Assembly (NCBI GenBank): GCA_963695225.1 | Contig: OY968762.1 | Location: forward strand, 2,688,001-2,752,000 | Direction: 5' to 3' | DNA from: Vulcanimicrobiota bacterium | GTDB taxonomy: Bacteria; Vulcanimicrobiota; Vulcanimicrobiia; Vulcanimicrobiales; Vulcanimicrobiaceae | Length of the DNA stretch: 64,000 nucleotides | Part shown: positions 37,986 to 49,079 of the stretch, one piece after another | How the letters are laid out: each line of letters starts with the position of its first letter | Position numbering within the stretch: the first letter of the stretch is position 1 | Notes under the pieces: model-generated | What the model was told of the DNA's origin: nothing | The model's database searches: none | The model's input: the letters and a program-made list of their open reading frames with translations, nothing else | Program-made: the position numbers and the translations under genes

Positions 37986-38789
37986 CTAGCGATCCGAGTG
38001 TTGCGCCGCGCGCGACGCGACCGCACGCGGGACGATCCGCCGTATGCCGTCGAGCTCGACGAAATCGACCTCGATGCCGAAGGCGCGCCGGATCGTCGTC
38101 CGTTCCAGCGCTCGCTCGGGCGGGCCGAACGCGAGCAGCGTGCCTTCGCCGAGCACGGCGACGCGGTCGGCGATCGACGCCGCTTCGTTCAGATCGTGCA
38201 ACACGACGACGAACGTCGTGCCGCCGTCCGCGAGCCGGCGCAGCAGCGCCAGCATTTCGAGCGCGACGCGAAGATCGAGGTGGCTCGTCGGTTCGTCGAG
38301 GAGGACGAGCCCCGCGCCCTGCGCGAGCGCGAGCGCGAGCCAGACGCGCTGCCGTTCGCCCGAACTCAAACTCTCGACGGTGCGCGCCGCGAAGCCGTCG
38401 AGGCCGACGCGCGCGAGCGCCTGTTCCACCGCGATCTCGTCGAGTTCGCCCCACGTCCAATCCCACCACGGGCGATGCGCGAAGCGGCCCGTCAGCGCAG
38501 CCTCGCGAACCGTCAGGCCCGAGGGCGTCTCGAGATCCCCTCCGAGGACCGCGATGCGCCGCGCCCGTTCGAGCGGGCGGAGCGCGGAGGGCGCGAGACC
38601 GTCGACGGAGATCGTTCCGGCGGCCGGCACGATGCGCCCGGCGAGCGCGCGCAGCAGCGTCGTCTTCCCGACGCCGTTCGGCCCGACGAGCGCGACGAGT
38701 TCGCCGGGCCCCGCGGAGAAGCCGATGCGCTCGAGCAGCGTGCGCCCGCCCAGCTCGATCCGCACGTCCGCGAGCGTCAGGTGCCCCAT
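37986..38789 (-). CDS. Cobalamin/iron-chelate ABC ATPase (BtuD-like)
   Basis: GPNGVGKTT, LSSGERQR, LDEPTSHLD; ATG at 38789. Confidence 0.88.
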   Translation of the reverse strand: MGHLTLADVRIELGGRTLLERIGFSAGPGELVALVGPNGVGKTTLLRALAGRIVPAAGTISVDGLAPSALRPLERARRIAVLGGDLETPSGLTVREAALTGRFAHRPWWDWTWGELDEIAVEQALARVGLDGFAARTVESLSSGERQRVWLALALAQGAGLVLLDEPTSHLDLRVALEMLALLRRLADGGTTFVVVLHDLNEAASIADRVAVLGEGTLLAFGPPERALERTTIRRAFGIEVDFVELDGIRRIVPRAVASRAAQHSDR

Positions 38790-39769
38790 AGCCGGGCCTC
38801 GCTGGGGCGGCGCAAGTAGAGATAGAGGAACGTCGGGACGCCGACGAAGGCGAGGACGACGCCGAGCGGGATATCGAGCGGAGGAGCGAGCGTTCTGCCG
38901 AGCGTGTCGGCGAGCGGGACGAGGCCGGCGCCGAGCAGGACGCTCGCCGGGAGCGCCGCGCGCGCATCGGTGCCGACGAGTTTGCGCGCGAGATGCGGGA
39001 CGATGAGGCCGACGAAGCCGACGATTCCGGCAAGGGCCACGGCGCCGGCCGTGAGCAGCGTCGCGGCGGCAAGCAGGATCCATTGCGTCCGGGCCACGTC
39101 GACGCCGACGGAGGCGGCGATTTGCGCGCCGAGCCGTAGCGCGTTCAACGCCGGGACGCACGCGGCGGCGAGGAGGGCGCCGGCGATCAGATACGGCGCG
39201 GTCCAGGTGAGTTCGGTCCAGCCGCGCCCCGCGAGAGAGCCCGAAAGCCAAGCCAGGACCGCGTCCGAGCCGCCCCGCGCGATCGTTCCGAGCGCGAGCG
39301 CGATCATCGCCGAGAAGAGCGCGGAGAGCGAGACGCCTGCCAGGATCAGCCGTTCTGCATCGACGCCGCTTCCGCGCCGGGCGAGCACCGCGACGAGCAG
39401 CGCAGTCGCGATCCCGGCTGCGAAGCCGAGCGGCGGAAGCCAAGGCCCCGCAAGGCCGAACGCGATCCCGAACGCGATGGCGGCGCCCGCCCCGGCGCTG
39501 ACGCCCGTCAGGAACGGATCGACGAGCGGGTTGCGCAACATCCCCTGCAACAGGAACCCGGCCGCCGCCAGCGCTCCGCCGACGGAGGCGGCGATGCAGG
39601 CGCGCGGGAGGCGCAGTTCCCAGACGATCAGCGCGTCGTCATTGCTCGCGTGCGGATGGAAGAGCGCGGCGAGCACCGCGTGCGGGTCGAGCGCCGTTCC
39701 GCCGGCGAACGTCGCGAGAACGAGCGCCGCGAGCGGAACGAACGCCAGGGGAGCCAATCGCGCGTTCAT
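38777..39769 (-). CDS. Cobalamin ABC permease (BtuC/FecCD family)
   Basis: LRLPR, RNPLVDP, GFVGLIVPH; directly downstream of a B12 riboswitch. Confidence 0.9.
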   Translation of the reverse strand: MNARLAPLAFVPLAALVLATFAGGTALDPHAVLAALFHPHASNDDALIVWELRLPRACIAASVGGALAAAGFLLQGMLRNPLVDPFLTGVSAGAGAAIAFGIAFGLAGPWLPPLGFAAGIATALLVAVLARRGSGVDAERLILAGVSLSALFSAMIALALGTIARGGSDAVLAWLSGSLAGRGWTELTWTAPYLIAGALLAAACVPALNALRLGAQIAASVGVDVARTQWILLAAATLLTAGAVALAGIVGFVGLIVPHLARKLVGTDARAALPASVLLGAGLVPLADTLGRTLAPPLDIPLGVVLAFVGVPTFLYLYLRRPSEARLWGT

Positions 39770-39847
39770 CGCGCCGAGCGTTCCACCGCAAGGATTGAAA
39801 GCATCGAGTCCCGACCTTTTCGCGAGGCGGAGTGACGTCGGAGTGCT

Positions 39848-40015
39848 CGCGGCGGTATCCTGACTCGCGAATCATCGCCGTTTGCCGGCGCCTTCCCACC
39901 CCCGCGGGGCAGTGGCGACCGGCGGCTCCTCGCTCACAGTGGCGCGACCGTCCCGGGTTCTCACCGGGTTCCCGCGCGAGACTCTAGGCTCGCGCTGTTC
40001 AGCGGGGAGGCCCGC
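39848..40015 (-). promoter_or_regulatory. Cobalamin riboswitch
   Basis: - strand GGGAACCCGGTGAGAACCCGGGACGGTCGCGCCACTGTGA...GCCACTG...GGGAAGGC...GAGTCAGGATACCGCC (B12 box) upstream of the btuC-like gene. Confidence 0.9.
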
Positions 40016-40043
40016 GTTCCTGGCACGCGTAACGCTTCGGGCA

Positions 40044-40904
40044 GTGCCGTCCCTCCGCCATTCGAACCCGGTTCTCGTCGCGGCGCTTTGCCTCGCGCTC
40101 CTCCCCGCGGCGAGCCGGGCGACTCCGAGCGCCCCGCCGCTCCCGCGCATCGTTTCGCTCATGCCGTCTCTGACCGAGACGTTGTTCGCGATCGGCGCGG
40201 GCCCGCAAGTGGTCGGCGTCTCGCAGTACACCGACTACCCACCGCAGGCCGCGACCTTACCGGTCGTCTCGTCGTTTGCCTCGATCGATGCGGAACGCGT
40301 GCTGCGCCTGGCGCCCGGGGTCGTCGTGGGGATCGAAGCGCAAGCGGCGCGGCTCGCCGACGTGCGGCGCCTGGGGATCGTCCCGACGCTCGTCCCGGAC
40401 GACTCCTTCGACGACATCTTCGTCGATATCGACGTGCTCGGCCGGGTCAGCGGACATGCTGCCGAGGCGCGCGCGCTCGCGGGGCGCTTGCGGGCGCGGA
40501 CGGCGGCGCTCGTCGCGCGCGTCCCGAAGAACGATCGGCCGACGTGCTTCGTCGTGATCGGGACCGCGCCGATCTTCACGGTCGGCGACCGCTCGTACAT
40601 CGCGCACTTGATCTCGCTTGCCGGGGGGCGGAACGCGGCCCGCGATCTCAGGAGCGCCTACGGGCGTTACAGCGAGGAAGCGCTCCTGCGCGCGCAGCCG
40701 GATGCGATCGTCGCCGACCGCGCGAGCGGCGTCGCGAGTTTCCTGGGCCGCCCGCCCTGGAACGCGCTGCGCGCAGTCCGAAACCATCGCGTCTACATCC
40801 TCGACGACGCGGCGCTCCTGGAGCGTCCGGGCCCGCGCTACAACGACGGGCTCGCGTGGTTGATCGAGAAGCTGCATCCCAAGGCCGCCGATGCCGCGCG
40901 GTAG
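40044..40904 (+). CDS. Cobalamin-binding periplasmic protein (BtuF-like)
   Basis: RIVSLMPSLTETLFAIG, VGVSQYTDYP, RPGPR; GTG 40044 precedes the signal peptide. Confidence 0.85.
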   Translation: MPSLRHSNPVLVAALCLALLPAASRATPSAPPLPRIVSLMPSLTETLFAIGAGPQVVGVSQYTDYPPQAATLPVVSSFASIDAERVLRLAPGVVVGIEAQAARLADVRRLGIVPTLVPDDSFDDIFVDIDVLGRVSGHAAEARALAGRLRARTAALVARVPKNDRPTCFVVIGTAPIFTVGDRSYIAHLISLAGGRNAARDLRSAYGRYSEEALLRAQPDAIVADRASGVASFLGRPPWNALRAVRNHRVYILDDAALLERPGPRYNDGLAWLIEKLHPKAADAAR

Positions 40905-42000
40905 CGTTCCGACCGCCGCCGAGCAAGCGCGCGGCCTCGTCGTCGCGGTCGATCTCGAGGATCCGCGCCGCCCGCTCGAGCCGGAGCTGGAAGAATACGA
41001 AGCGCTGATCCGCGCGGCGGGTGCCGGCGTCGTCGCGCGCGTCGTGCAGAAGCGCGCGAGCGTCGATCCGGCGACGCTGGTCGGAAGCGGAAAGGCCGTC
41101 GAGATCGCGGCGCTCGCGCAAGCGCACGAAGCGACGACGATCTTCGTCTTCAACGATCTGCGGCCGCGGCAGCGCACGAACCTGGAGAAGGCGATTCCGC
41201 TTCCGATCGTCGATCGCACGATGGTGATCCTCGACGTCTTCGCGCAACGCGCGCGAAGCCGTGAAGGCCGGCTCCAAGTCGAGCTCGCGCAATTGCGTTA
41301 CCGGCAGGCGAATCTGATCGGCATCGGCGCGGCGCTCTCGCGCTTGGGGGGAGGCATCGGAACGCGCGGCCCCGGCGAGACGAAGCTCGAAGTCGATCGC
41401 CGGCGGATTCAAGCGAGGATCTCGGTATTGCGCGGCGCGCTCGAGGAAGTGCGCACGGCACGCACGACGCGCCGCTCGGAGGCCGGGAAGGAACCGCTCG
41501 TCGCGCTCGTCGGGTACACGAACGTCGGGAAGTCCTCGCTGCTCAACCGGCTCGCGCACGTCGCGGCGGCGCGCGGCGCGTTCGTGGCGGATCAGCCGTT
41601 CGCGACGCTCGATCCCACGCTGCGCCGCATCTACATCGCACCGAACCGCTTCGTCCGGCTCGCCGACACGGTCGGGTTCATCACGGACCTTCCGAAGGAA
41701 CTCGTCGCGGCGTTCCGCGCGACGCTCGAGGAACTCGAATACGCGGACTTGCTGCTGCACGTCTTCGACGCCTCGAACGCGGACTGGCCCCGCCAACTCG
41801 CCGGCGTCGAGGCAATCCTGCGCGATCTCGGGCTCGAGAACAAACCCTCGATCTTGGTCGCGAACAAGATCGACGCGCGCGGCGAGCAGCCGCTCCCGCC
41901 GGAGGCGCTCGGGGTCAGCGCGCGCACGGGCGAGGGGCTCGAACGGCTGCGGGCCGCGATCGCGCGGCGGCTCGGCTTCCCCGAGACCGTGCCCGAATGA
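40891..42000 (+). CDS. hflX: Ribosome-splitting GTPase HflX
   Basis: GTRGPGETKLE, GYTNVGKS, FATLD, DTVGF, NKID. Confidence 0.93.
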   Translation: MPRGSVPTAAEQARGLVVAVDLEDPRRPLEPELEEYEALIRAAGAGVVARVVQKRASVDPATLVGSGKAVEIAALAQAHEATTIFVFNDLRPRQRTNLEKAIPLPIVDRTMVILDVFAQRARSREGRLQVELAQLRYRQANLIGIGAALSRLGGGIGTRGPGETKLEVDRRRIQARISVLRGALEEVRTARTTRRSEAGKEPLVALVGYTNVGKSSLLNRLAHVAAARGAFVADQPFATLDPTLRRIYIAPNRFVRLADTVGFITDLPKELVAAFRATLEELEYADLLLHVFDASNADWPRQLAGVEAILRDLGLENKPSILVANKIDARGEQPLPPEALGVSARTGEGLERLRAAIARRLGFPETVPE

Positions 42001-42707
42001 GGCGCCTCGCTCTGCGCCCGTGGTTCGCGGCGGCGCTGTTCGTCCTCGCCGGTTGCGTCTCGCAGGCCCGCGATCGCGATACCGATCCGCTCGTCGCGAG
42101 CTTTCGCGCGTTGCGCCCGGCCGTCGTGCTCTTCACGCTGCGCGTCCCGAGCGACGATCCCAAACGGCGGGGGATGCTGGACGATGCGTATGGGACCGGG
42201 ATCGTCGTCGAGAGCGGAGGTTGGGGGAGCCGTATCCTGACCGTCGAGCACGTCGTTCACGACGCGCGCGTCATCCGCTTGACCATCAACGAGAAGAAAC
42301 GGGTTGCCGCGCGCGTGACGGTGAGCGACGCCGAGGCGGATCTCGCGATCGTCGAGACGAGCGAACCGGACCTGCGGGTCGCGACGCTCGGGGCATCGGC
42401 TCGCCTCGAGCCGGGGATGCCGATCGGCCTCGCGGGGTACCCGATCCCGGATGCCTTCGACGACGAGAAGCTCGGCCTAGCGACCTCCGTCTACGCAGGA
42501 CGGATCGCAAGCGTCCGGCACGACGCGCTCGAGATCGACGCGCCGGTCATCCCGGGGGAGAGCGGCGGCCCGATCTTCGATCCGGCGAGCGGGGACGTCC
42601 TCGGGCTCGCGGAGTCGCGCTTTGACGACGAACGCGCGATCGGGTTCGCGATCCCGATCGACGCGGCGCGGCGCTTTCTGGCGCTCCACCAGCGCCGCGC
42701 GCCGTAG
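41997..42707 (+). CDS. Trypsin-like serine protease (lipoprotein)
   Basis: LAGC lipobox, TVEHVV, DLAIV, GESGGP triad motifs. Confidence 0.8.
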   Translation: MRRLALRPWFAAALFVLAGCVSQARDRDTDPLVASFRALRPAVVLFTLRVPSDDPKRRGMLDDAYGTGIVVESGGWGSRILTVEHVVHDARVIRLTINEKKRVAARVTVSDAEADLAIVETSEPDLRVATLGASARLEPGMPIGLAGYPIPDAFDDEKLGLATSVYAGRIASVRHDALEIDAPVIPGESGGPIFDPASGDVLGLAESRFDDERAIGFAIPIDAARRFLALHQRRAP

Positions 42708-42799
42708 CGCGCTCCGAAGGCGACGTTCGGCCCTCGACGGGGGGATGCCGGCGCGCTAACGTAAGAGGACGCGGGCGGCTCGTCCGTCGCCCCGGGGAG

Positions 42800-44526
42800 A
42801 TGAACCAACGGCTCGTTTAGGCCGGTCGTGCACATCCGCGCTCGCATCGTTTGGGACGGCGCTCTTTGCGCTCCTTGCCGCCGGTTGCTCCGGAGGGGGC
42901 GGAAGCGCGACGCCCGGAACTCCGCCACCGGTCCCGGGGGCGCTCGTCGATTGGCCGACCTACGGGTATAACGCGCAGCGAACCGGCGAAAGCCCGGACA
43001 CGACCATCACGCCCGCGAACGTCGGGACGCTGCGGGTCGCCTGGGCGCACCAGGGCCTCTCGGGCGGGGAGTTCAGCCTCGAATCCCAGCCGGTCGTCGC
43101 CACCAACGTCACGGTCGGCGGAACCAAGCGCGATTTGGTCTACGTCGGCGGAGGTTCCGGGACGGTCTACGCCTACGACGCGCTGACCGGCGCGCAGGTC
43201 TGGACGGCGGCCTTCCAGGCGGGCTCGTACACGTGCGTCGGCAGCCCGCCGGCGCCGTTCGGCGTGCAGGGGACGTTCGCGCTCGACCGCGCGAACGGCG
43301 TCATCTACGTTCCCGACGGCGTGCACAGGATCCACGCGCTCGACCTCGCGACGGGGGCGGACCGGTGGAGCGTCGACATCGTGGAGCCCGGCTCGGACGA
43401 CGGCTCGACCGCCGACCTGCACGCGTTCCTGCACACCGGGCTCAACCTCGTGAACGGGAAGCTCTACGCGGGGACCTCGGGCCTCTGCGATCTGACGCCG
43501 TGGCGGGGCCGGCTCGCCGTCGTCGACACGGCGACCCATGCGCTGGTGCGGACGTTCTACCCCGTCTACCGCGCCGCGCCGAATCCGCAACCGTACAGCG
43601 GCGGAGGCGTGTGGGGCTGGGGCGGCGCCTCCGCCGAACCGGACGGGAGCGCCGTGTACATCGGCGTCGGCAATGCGGACACGGCGTCGCAGACTGGTTC
43701 CTTCATCAGTGCTCCGACGCAGTCGGCCGCCTACGGTGAGAACGTCGTGAAGCTCTCGGGCGACCTCGCGAGCGTTCTCGGAGCGAACCTCCCGATCGAG
43801 CCGCCGCTCCCTCCGCCGGGGGACGACATCGACCTGAGCGGGACGCCGGTCCTCTTCCAACCCCCGGGCTGCCCGCCGCTTCTCGCCGTCCAAGGGAAAG
43901 AGGGGTACCTGTTCGTCTACAACCGGACGAACCTGGGAGCGGGGCCGATTTCCGTCAACCAGTACTCCGTGACCTCGGACAACGCGTATTACATGGGGGC
44001 GCCGGCCTATTCCGCGCAAACGGGGTACCTCTACGCTTCCGTTGCGACGGCGGGCTCGGCGAGCGGGTTCGCGCCCGGGCTCGTGATGCTGCAGCCGGCC
44101 GCGGGCTGCACGTCGTTCTCCGTCGTGGCGCACCCCGCGTTCGGGCCGGATTCGCAGGACCCGTCGATGCCGAACAACGAGAATCCGCGCTCGACGCCGA
44201 CGGTCGTGAACGGTGTGGTGTTCTTGGGAACGCCGGACGGCATCTTATGGGCGCGGGACGCAAAGACGGGCGCCGCGCTCTGGGACAGCAACAGCGGCGG
44301 AGCGTGGCTGAAGAACACCTCGGGTGGCGACGAGATCCGGTTCGGCCCGGCGGTGACCGGCGGCTACGTGTACGTCGTCGAGACCGAAAGCGCTTCGCTC
44401 TACGCGCTGACCGTCAATCAGACGGGCGCGGCTGCGACGGTCCGCCGGCCGTTGCCGGCGGCGGTGGTCCGGCGGCCGCACCACCGCAACCGCCTCGTCG
44501 GGGCCCTGTTAGAACAGGGGCGTTAG
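42800..44526 (+). CDS. PQQ-like beta-propeller lipoprotein; 5' end appears frameshifted
   Basis: The frame of ORF 43135..44526 is open back to 42760 and encodes FALLAAGC and DWPTYGYNAQRTG; the nearest ATG (42800) is out of frame; propeller repeats VYAYDALTGAQVW, LWARDAKTGAALW. Confidence 0.65.
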
Positions 44527-44880
44527 CGCGATCGGCGGCAACGCCGGGTTCTCGCCGGTGCCGACGACGACCGTGATGCCCGGCGTTTCGGCGTAGCCGT
44601 CGGCGGTGATCACGAGCGTCTGGTTCCCGACCGGAACGCACGAGCCGGTCCCTCCGATTCGGAACGAACCGTCCGGGGCGAGGCGCGCCGTACACGTCGA
44701 ACCGACCGAAACGATTCCGTTGGCGACAGGGGCAAGCGTCTTTGCGTTGTACACCCGCCCGACCAGGACGCCGTAATCCTGAACGCCGATCGCGTTCGGG
44801 TTGACGCAGCCGGCAAGGGAGAAGAGCGCCGCGGCGGCCGGCCCGATGCGACGCGCGAGAGAATGTAACGGTCTACCCAT
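44509..44880 (-). CDS. Small lipoprotein with carboxypeptidase-regulatory-like beta-sandwich
   Basis: LAGC lipobox, [20 protein letters not shown]. Confidence 0.6.
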   Translation of the reverse strand: MGRPLHSLARRIGPAAAALFSLAGCVNPNAIGVQDYGVLVGRVYNAKTLAPVANGIVSVGSTCTARLAPDGSFRIGGTGSCVPVGNQTLVITADGYAETPGITVVVGTGENPALPPIALTPLF

Positions 44881-44938
44881 ATATACACGGCGACTGCGGC
44901 GGAGGATGGCCAGGACCCTTGCGAAACTGGAGGCTCAC

Positions 44939-45292
44939 ATGAATCCGTACGGTCCCGTTGCCATCTTCCTCGCAGTGGCGGCAGTTCTATCGTTTGCCAT
45001 GATCGTGGTTCCGGGCCTCGCCGCGCGCAAGAAACCGAATCCCGTCAAGGCGGAAGCCTACGAGTGCGGCGCGATTTCGGAGACCGGGGTCTCGGGCAGG
45101 TTCCCCGTGCGCTTCTATCTGATCGCGATGCTCTTCGTCGTCTTCGACGTGGAAGCGGCCTCGCTGTATCCGTGGGCCGTGCAGATGCACGCGCTACGCC
45201 TCTTCGGGTTGCTCGAGATGGTCGCGTTCGTCATCGTCCTCGGGATCGGATACGCCTACGTCTGGCGCAAGGGCGGTTTCCAATGGAGATGA
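44939..45292 (+). CDS. nuoA: NADH-quinone oxidoreductase subunit A
   Basis: [26 protein letters not shown]. Confidence 0.93.
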   Translation: MNPYGPVAIFLAVAAVLSFAMIVVPGLAARKKPNPVKAEAYECGAISETGVSGRFPVRFYLIAMLFVVFDVEAASLYPWAVQMHALRLFGLLEMVAFVIVLGIGYAYVWRKGGFQWR

Positions 45293-45765
45293 TGCCGGGC
45301 CAGCAGTTCATGCTGGCGAAGCTCGACGACGTCGCGCGCTGGGCGCAGGCCTCGAGCGTCTGGCCGCTCACGATGGGGCTCGCGTGCTGCGCGATCGAGA
45401 TGATGAGCGTACAGGCGCCCCAGTACGACATCGCGCGCCTCGGCGCCGAAGTCTTCCGCGCATCGCCGCGGCAGGCCGACCTGATGATCGTCTCCGGCCG
45501 CCTCTGCCAAAAGATGGCACCGGTGATCCGGCGCCTCTGGGAACAGATGGCCGACCCGAAGTGGGTGATTTCGATGGGCGCGTGCGCGAGTTCGGGCGGC
45601 GTCTTCGACAACTACGCGGTCGTGCAGGGCGTCGATACCGTGATTCCCGTCGATGTCTACATTCCGGGCTGCCCGCCGACGCCGGATGCCCTGCTCTACG
45701 CCGTGACTCTGCTGCAACAGCAGATCCGCGAGGGCGGCCGCGGCGGGATCCTCGCCCGCTCCTGA
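45283..45765 (+). CDS. nuoB: NADH-quinone oxidoreductase subunit B
   Basis: [26 protein letters not shown]. Confidence 0.93.
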   Translation: MEMMPGQQFMLAKLDDVARWAQASSVWPLTMGLACCAIEMMSVQAPQYDIARLGAEVFRASPRQADLMIVSGRLCQKMAPVIRRLWEQMADPKWVISMGACASSGGVFDNYAVVQGVDTVIPVDVYIPGCPPTPDALLYAVTLLQQQIREGGRGGILARS

Positions 45766-45823
45766 CTCGCTCGCCGAAGATCCCCTTTCGCCTCACTCAC
45801 GCTTCGCAAGGGAGAGTCAATCG

Positions 45824-46432
45824 TTGCCTAGCTCTCAAGCGCCGCTCCCCGGCGGCACCGCGATCGATCCGACGAGCGTTCGCCCCGACCTCGACGACGC
45901 CGCCGTCGAGCGCGTCGAGCGGGATGCCCTGCGCCACCGGCTGCGGCAACTGCGCGAAGCGGGGATGACGATGCTGCTCGATATCGGCGCCGTGGACTAC
46001 CTCGAACGCGTCCCGCGCTTCGACGTGGTCTACCATCTCCTCGCGCTGCCGGCGGGGAAGAGCGACGTCATGCAGGTCGGAACTCCCAAGCGCGTTCGTT
46101 TGCTCGTCGGCGTCCCGGGCGAGGACGCGCATCTGCCGAGCGTGACCGACCTGTGGGTCAACGCGGATTGGGCAGAGCGCGAGGTCTTCGACTTGTTCGG
46201 GATCGCGTTCGACGGACACCCCGATCTGCGCCGCGTGCAAATGCCCTACGATTGGGAAGGGCATCCGTTGCGCAAGGATTACCCGCTACGCGGCCCCGCG
46301 AGCGAACGCGCGCCCCGGCCGGCGTTCGCGAACAAGAGCAACGTCCCGGCGGGGACGCCGCCTTCGAGCAAAGTGGCGGAAGCGCTACAGCGCCGAATCG
46401 CGCGCGCGCGCGGCGAGGAGCCCGCGAAGTGA
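45824..46432 (+). CDS. nuoC: NADH-quinone oxidoreductase subunit C
   Basis: [26 protein letters not shown]. Confidence 0.9.
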   Translation: MPSSQAPLPGGTAIDPTSVRPDLDDAAVERVERDALRHRLRQLREAGMTMLLDIGAVDYLERVPRFDVVYHLLALPAGKSDVMQVGTPKRVRLLVGVPGEDAHLPSVTDLWVNADWAEREVFDLFGIAFDGHPDLRRVQMPYDWEGHPLRKDYPLRGPASERAPRPAFANKSNVPAGTPPSSKVAEALQRRIARARGEEPAK

Positions 46433-47643
46433 GCATCGAGCCGCTCGCCATGGATGTCGTCGCGCGCGACGACCACTCGATGACGCTGTCCCTGGGGCCG
46501 CAGCATCCGTCGACGCACGGCGTCCTTCAGGTCGTCGTCGAGCTCAGCGGCGAAACCGTCACGAAAGCGGAGATGGAGATCGGATATCTCCACACCGGCA
46601 TCGAGAAGACGGCCGAGAACCTGTTCTGGACGCAGGCCTCGACCGTGATCGAGCGGATGGACTACCTTTCGCCGCTCTCGAACGCGCTCTGCTACATCCT
46701 CGCCGTTGAAAGGCTGCTCGGCATCACGGACCAAATCCCCGAGCGAGCGCAGCACGTTCGCGTCTTGATGTGCGAGCTCACGCGGATCACGTCGCATTGC
46801 GTCTCGCTCGGGACGCACGCGATCGATATCGGCGCGATCACGCCGTTCTGGTACCTGTTCGACGTACGCGAGAACATCCTCGATCTCATCGAGGATGCGG
46901 GCGGCGCTCGGATGCATCCGAATTACCTGCGCATCGGCGGGCTCAACGGCGATCTTCCGGCGGGCTTCCTTGAGAAACTCGACGACCTGATCGAGAAGTT
47001 TCCCGGCCGCATGCACGATCTGCGCGCGCTGCTGCAGAACAACCCGATCTTCCGCGACCGCACGATCGACGTGGGGATCCTTTCCGGGGCGGAAGCAGTG
47101 GCGTGGGGTTGCACCGGGCCCGTGCTGCGCGGCAGCGGGGTCTCGTACGACGTCCGTAGGGCGTATCCGTATTCCGGGTACGACCAGTATGAATTCGACG
47201 TGCCCGTGCGGCAAGAGGGCGATGCGTACGCGCGTTTCCTCGTGCGCCTCGACGAGATGGACGAATCGATGCGCATCGTCGCGCAAGCGCGTAAGAAGCT
47301 CGCAAAGCCGGGCCCGATCGCGATCGCCGACACGAAGTTCGCGCCTCCTCCGAAAGAGGCGATCGCCGTCTCGATGGAGGCGCTGATCCATCACTTCAAG
47401 ATCGTGAGCGAAGGCTTCCGCGTTCCGCCGGGCGACGTCTATCAAGCGGTCGAATCGCCGCGCGGCGAGCTCGGCTATTACGTCGTCTCGAACGGCGGGA
47501 ACCGGCCCTATCGCGTCCGGACGCGGCCGCCGTCGCTGTACAACCTGCAGGTCCTCAAGAAGATCGCGATCGGGAATCTGATCTCCGACATCGTCGTCAT
47601 GATCGGCTCGCTCGACCCCGTTTTCGGCGAGGTCGATCGATGA
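46429..47643 (+). CDS. nuoD: NADH-quinone oxidoreductase subunit D
   Basis: [34 protein letters not shown]. Confidence 0.93.
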   Translation: MSIEPLAMDVVARDDHSMTLSLGPQHPSTHGVLQVVVELSGETVTKAEMEIGYLHTGIEKTAENLFWTQASTVIERMDYLSPLSNALCYILAVERLLGITDQIPERAQHVRVLMCELTRITSHCVSLGTHAIDIGAITPFWYLFDVRENILDLIEDAGGARMHPNYLRIGGLNGDLPAGFLEKLDDLIEKFPGRMHDLRALLQNNPIFRDRTIDVGILSGAEAVAWGCTGPVLRGSGVSYDVRRAYPYSGYDQYEFDVPVRQEGDAYARFLVRLDEMDESMRIVAQARKKLAKPGPIAIADTKFAPPPKEAIAVSMEALIHHFKIVSEGFRVPPGDVYQAVESPRGELGYYVVSNGGNRPYRVRTRPPSLYNLQVLKKIAIGNLISDIVVMIGSLDPVFGEVDR

Positions 47644-48242
47644 ACGAGGTCGCGCTGACGGCGGGGCGCGCGCTCGCGCTCGGCCTCACGCTGGCCGCAC
47701 CGATCGGTCCGATGGCCGTCCTGCTCATGCGCCGGACGCTCGTCGAAGGTTTGGCCGCGGGGTTCGTCTGCGGAGCGGGGATCGCGACCGCCGACGCTCT
47801 CTACGCGGCGCTTGCGGCGGCCGGCATCGCGGGCGTCTCGGCCTTCCTCGCGGCGCACGCGAGCGTCGTCCATCTCGTCGCGGGCGCGATCATGATCGCG
47901 ATCGGCGCACGCATGCTCTTCGCGCCGGGCGCGGAGCCGAAATCCTCGAGCGCGAGCGGCCGGTATCTCGAGACCGTCTTCCTGACGCTGACGAACCCGA
48001 TGACGATCCTCACCTACGCCGCCGCGTTCAACTTGCTCGCGCCGGTCGGCTCGTTCGATCCGCGCCTGGCCGCCGTCTCCGTCGTGGGCGTTTTCGCCGG
48101 GTCGATGCTCTGGTGGATCGGGCTCGGGTTCGCGGTTTCCCGGATGCGCCACGTCATCGGGGACTCGCTGAGGCTGGCGATCGACCGGGTCGCCGGCGTC
48201 CTCGTCATCCTCTTCGGCGCCCGCACGGCGGTGACGCGTTGA
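47640..48242 (+). CDS. LysE family translocator
   Basis: APIGP, GAGIATADALY, LTLTNP, GSMLWW. Confidence 0.85.
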   Translation: MNEVALTAGRALALGLTLAAPIGPMAVLLMRRTLVEGLAAGFVCGAGIATADALYAALAAAGIAGVSAFLAAHASVVHLVAGAIMIAIGARMLFAPGAEPKSSSASGRYLETVFLTLTNPMTILTYAAAFNLLAPVGSFDPRLAAVSVVGVFAGSMLWWIGLGFAVSRMRHVIGDSLRLAIDRVAGVLVILFGARTAVTR

Positions 48243-48331
48243 TTTGTTTGTGCCCTCAGGCAAGCATTTGGGGTGGACGCGTTGAACCGCGGAACCTCCG
48301 GCCGCGGCCGATGCGCAGCCCCGAGGATTAG

Positions 48332-49078
48332 ATGACTGAATCCAGAGACTTCGCGGCGACGAAGACGACGGTCGAGTCGCAGGCTAGGCACCTGATCGCG
48401 CAATACCCCGAGTCGCGCTCGGCCTTGCTGCCGATCCTGCACGCCTTCCAGAACCTCGAAGGCTGGGTCTCGCCGGAGGCGATGGCGGCCGCGGCGGAGT
48501 GGCTCGCCCTGCCGCTCTCGGTCGTTGAATCCACGGCCTCGTTCTACACGCTGTTCTTCCGCAAGCCGGTCGGCAAGTACATGCTGCAGCCCTGCCGCGG
48601 TCTCGCCTGCGCGATCAACGGCGCGGAGGAGACGATGGGGTATTTCCGCGAGAAGCTCGGGATCGGGAATCTCGAAACGACCGCGGACGGGCTCTTTTCG
48701 TACGAAGAGGTCGAGTGTCTCGCCGCGTGCGATCGCGCGCCGTGCATGCAGGTCAACCTCGAGTTCATCTACGACCTGACGCCGGAGAAGATCGACGCGA
48801 TGATCGATGCGATGCGGGCGGGGACGTTCGACGTCGCGCCGATGCCGCAGAGCGTCGCGCCGGGGCCGACCTGGCAAGTCGGTCAGGATCCGCCGAAGCG
48901 CTCGCCGGGAGCGCAGGGCGTCGCCGACCCGAACGCAGCGGGAGGGATCGGCGACGCGAGCGGCCGCCGCATGCTCGCGCGTTTGGCGAAGGAGCCTGCG
49001 CCGGTCGAGGCCCGCCCGACGAACGAACGAGCGATCCTGGAGGGCTCGAGCGCCCCGCCGAACGGGAGCGCGCATTAG
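48332..49078 (+). CDS. nuoE: NADH-quinone oxidoreductase subunit E (C-terminally extended)
   Basis: ASFYTLF, C-x4-C...ECLAACDRAP [2Fe-2S] ligands. Confidence 0.9.
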   Translation: MTESRDFAATKTTVESQARHLIAQYPESRSALLPILHAFQNLEGWVSPEAMAAAAEWLALPLSVVESTASFYTLFFRKPVGKYMLQPCRGLACAINGAEETMGYFREKLGIGNLETTADGLFSYEEVECLAACDRAPCMQVNLEFIYDLTPEKIDAMIDAMRAGTFDVAPMPQSVAPGPTWQVGQDPPKRSPGAQGVADPNAAGGIGDASGRRMLARLAKEPAPVEARPTNERAILEGSSAPPNGSAH

Positions 49079-49079
49079 C

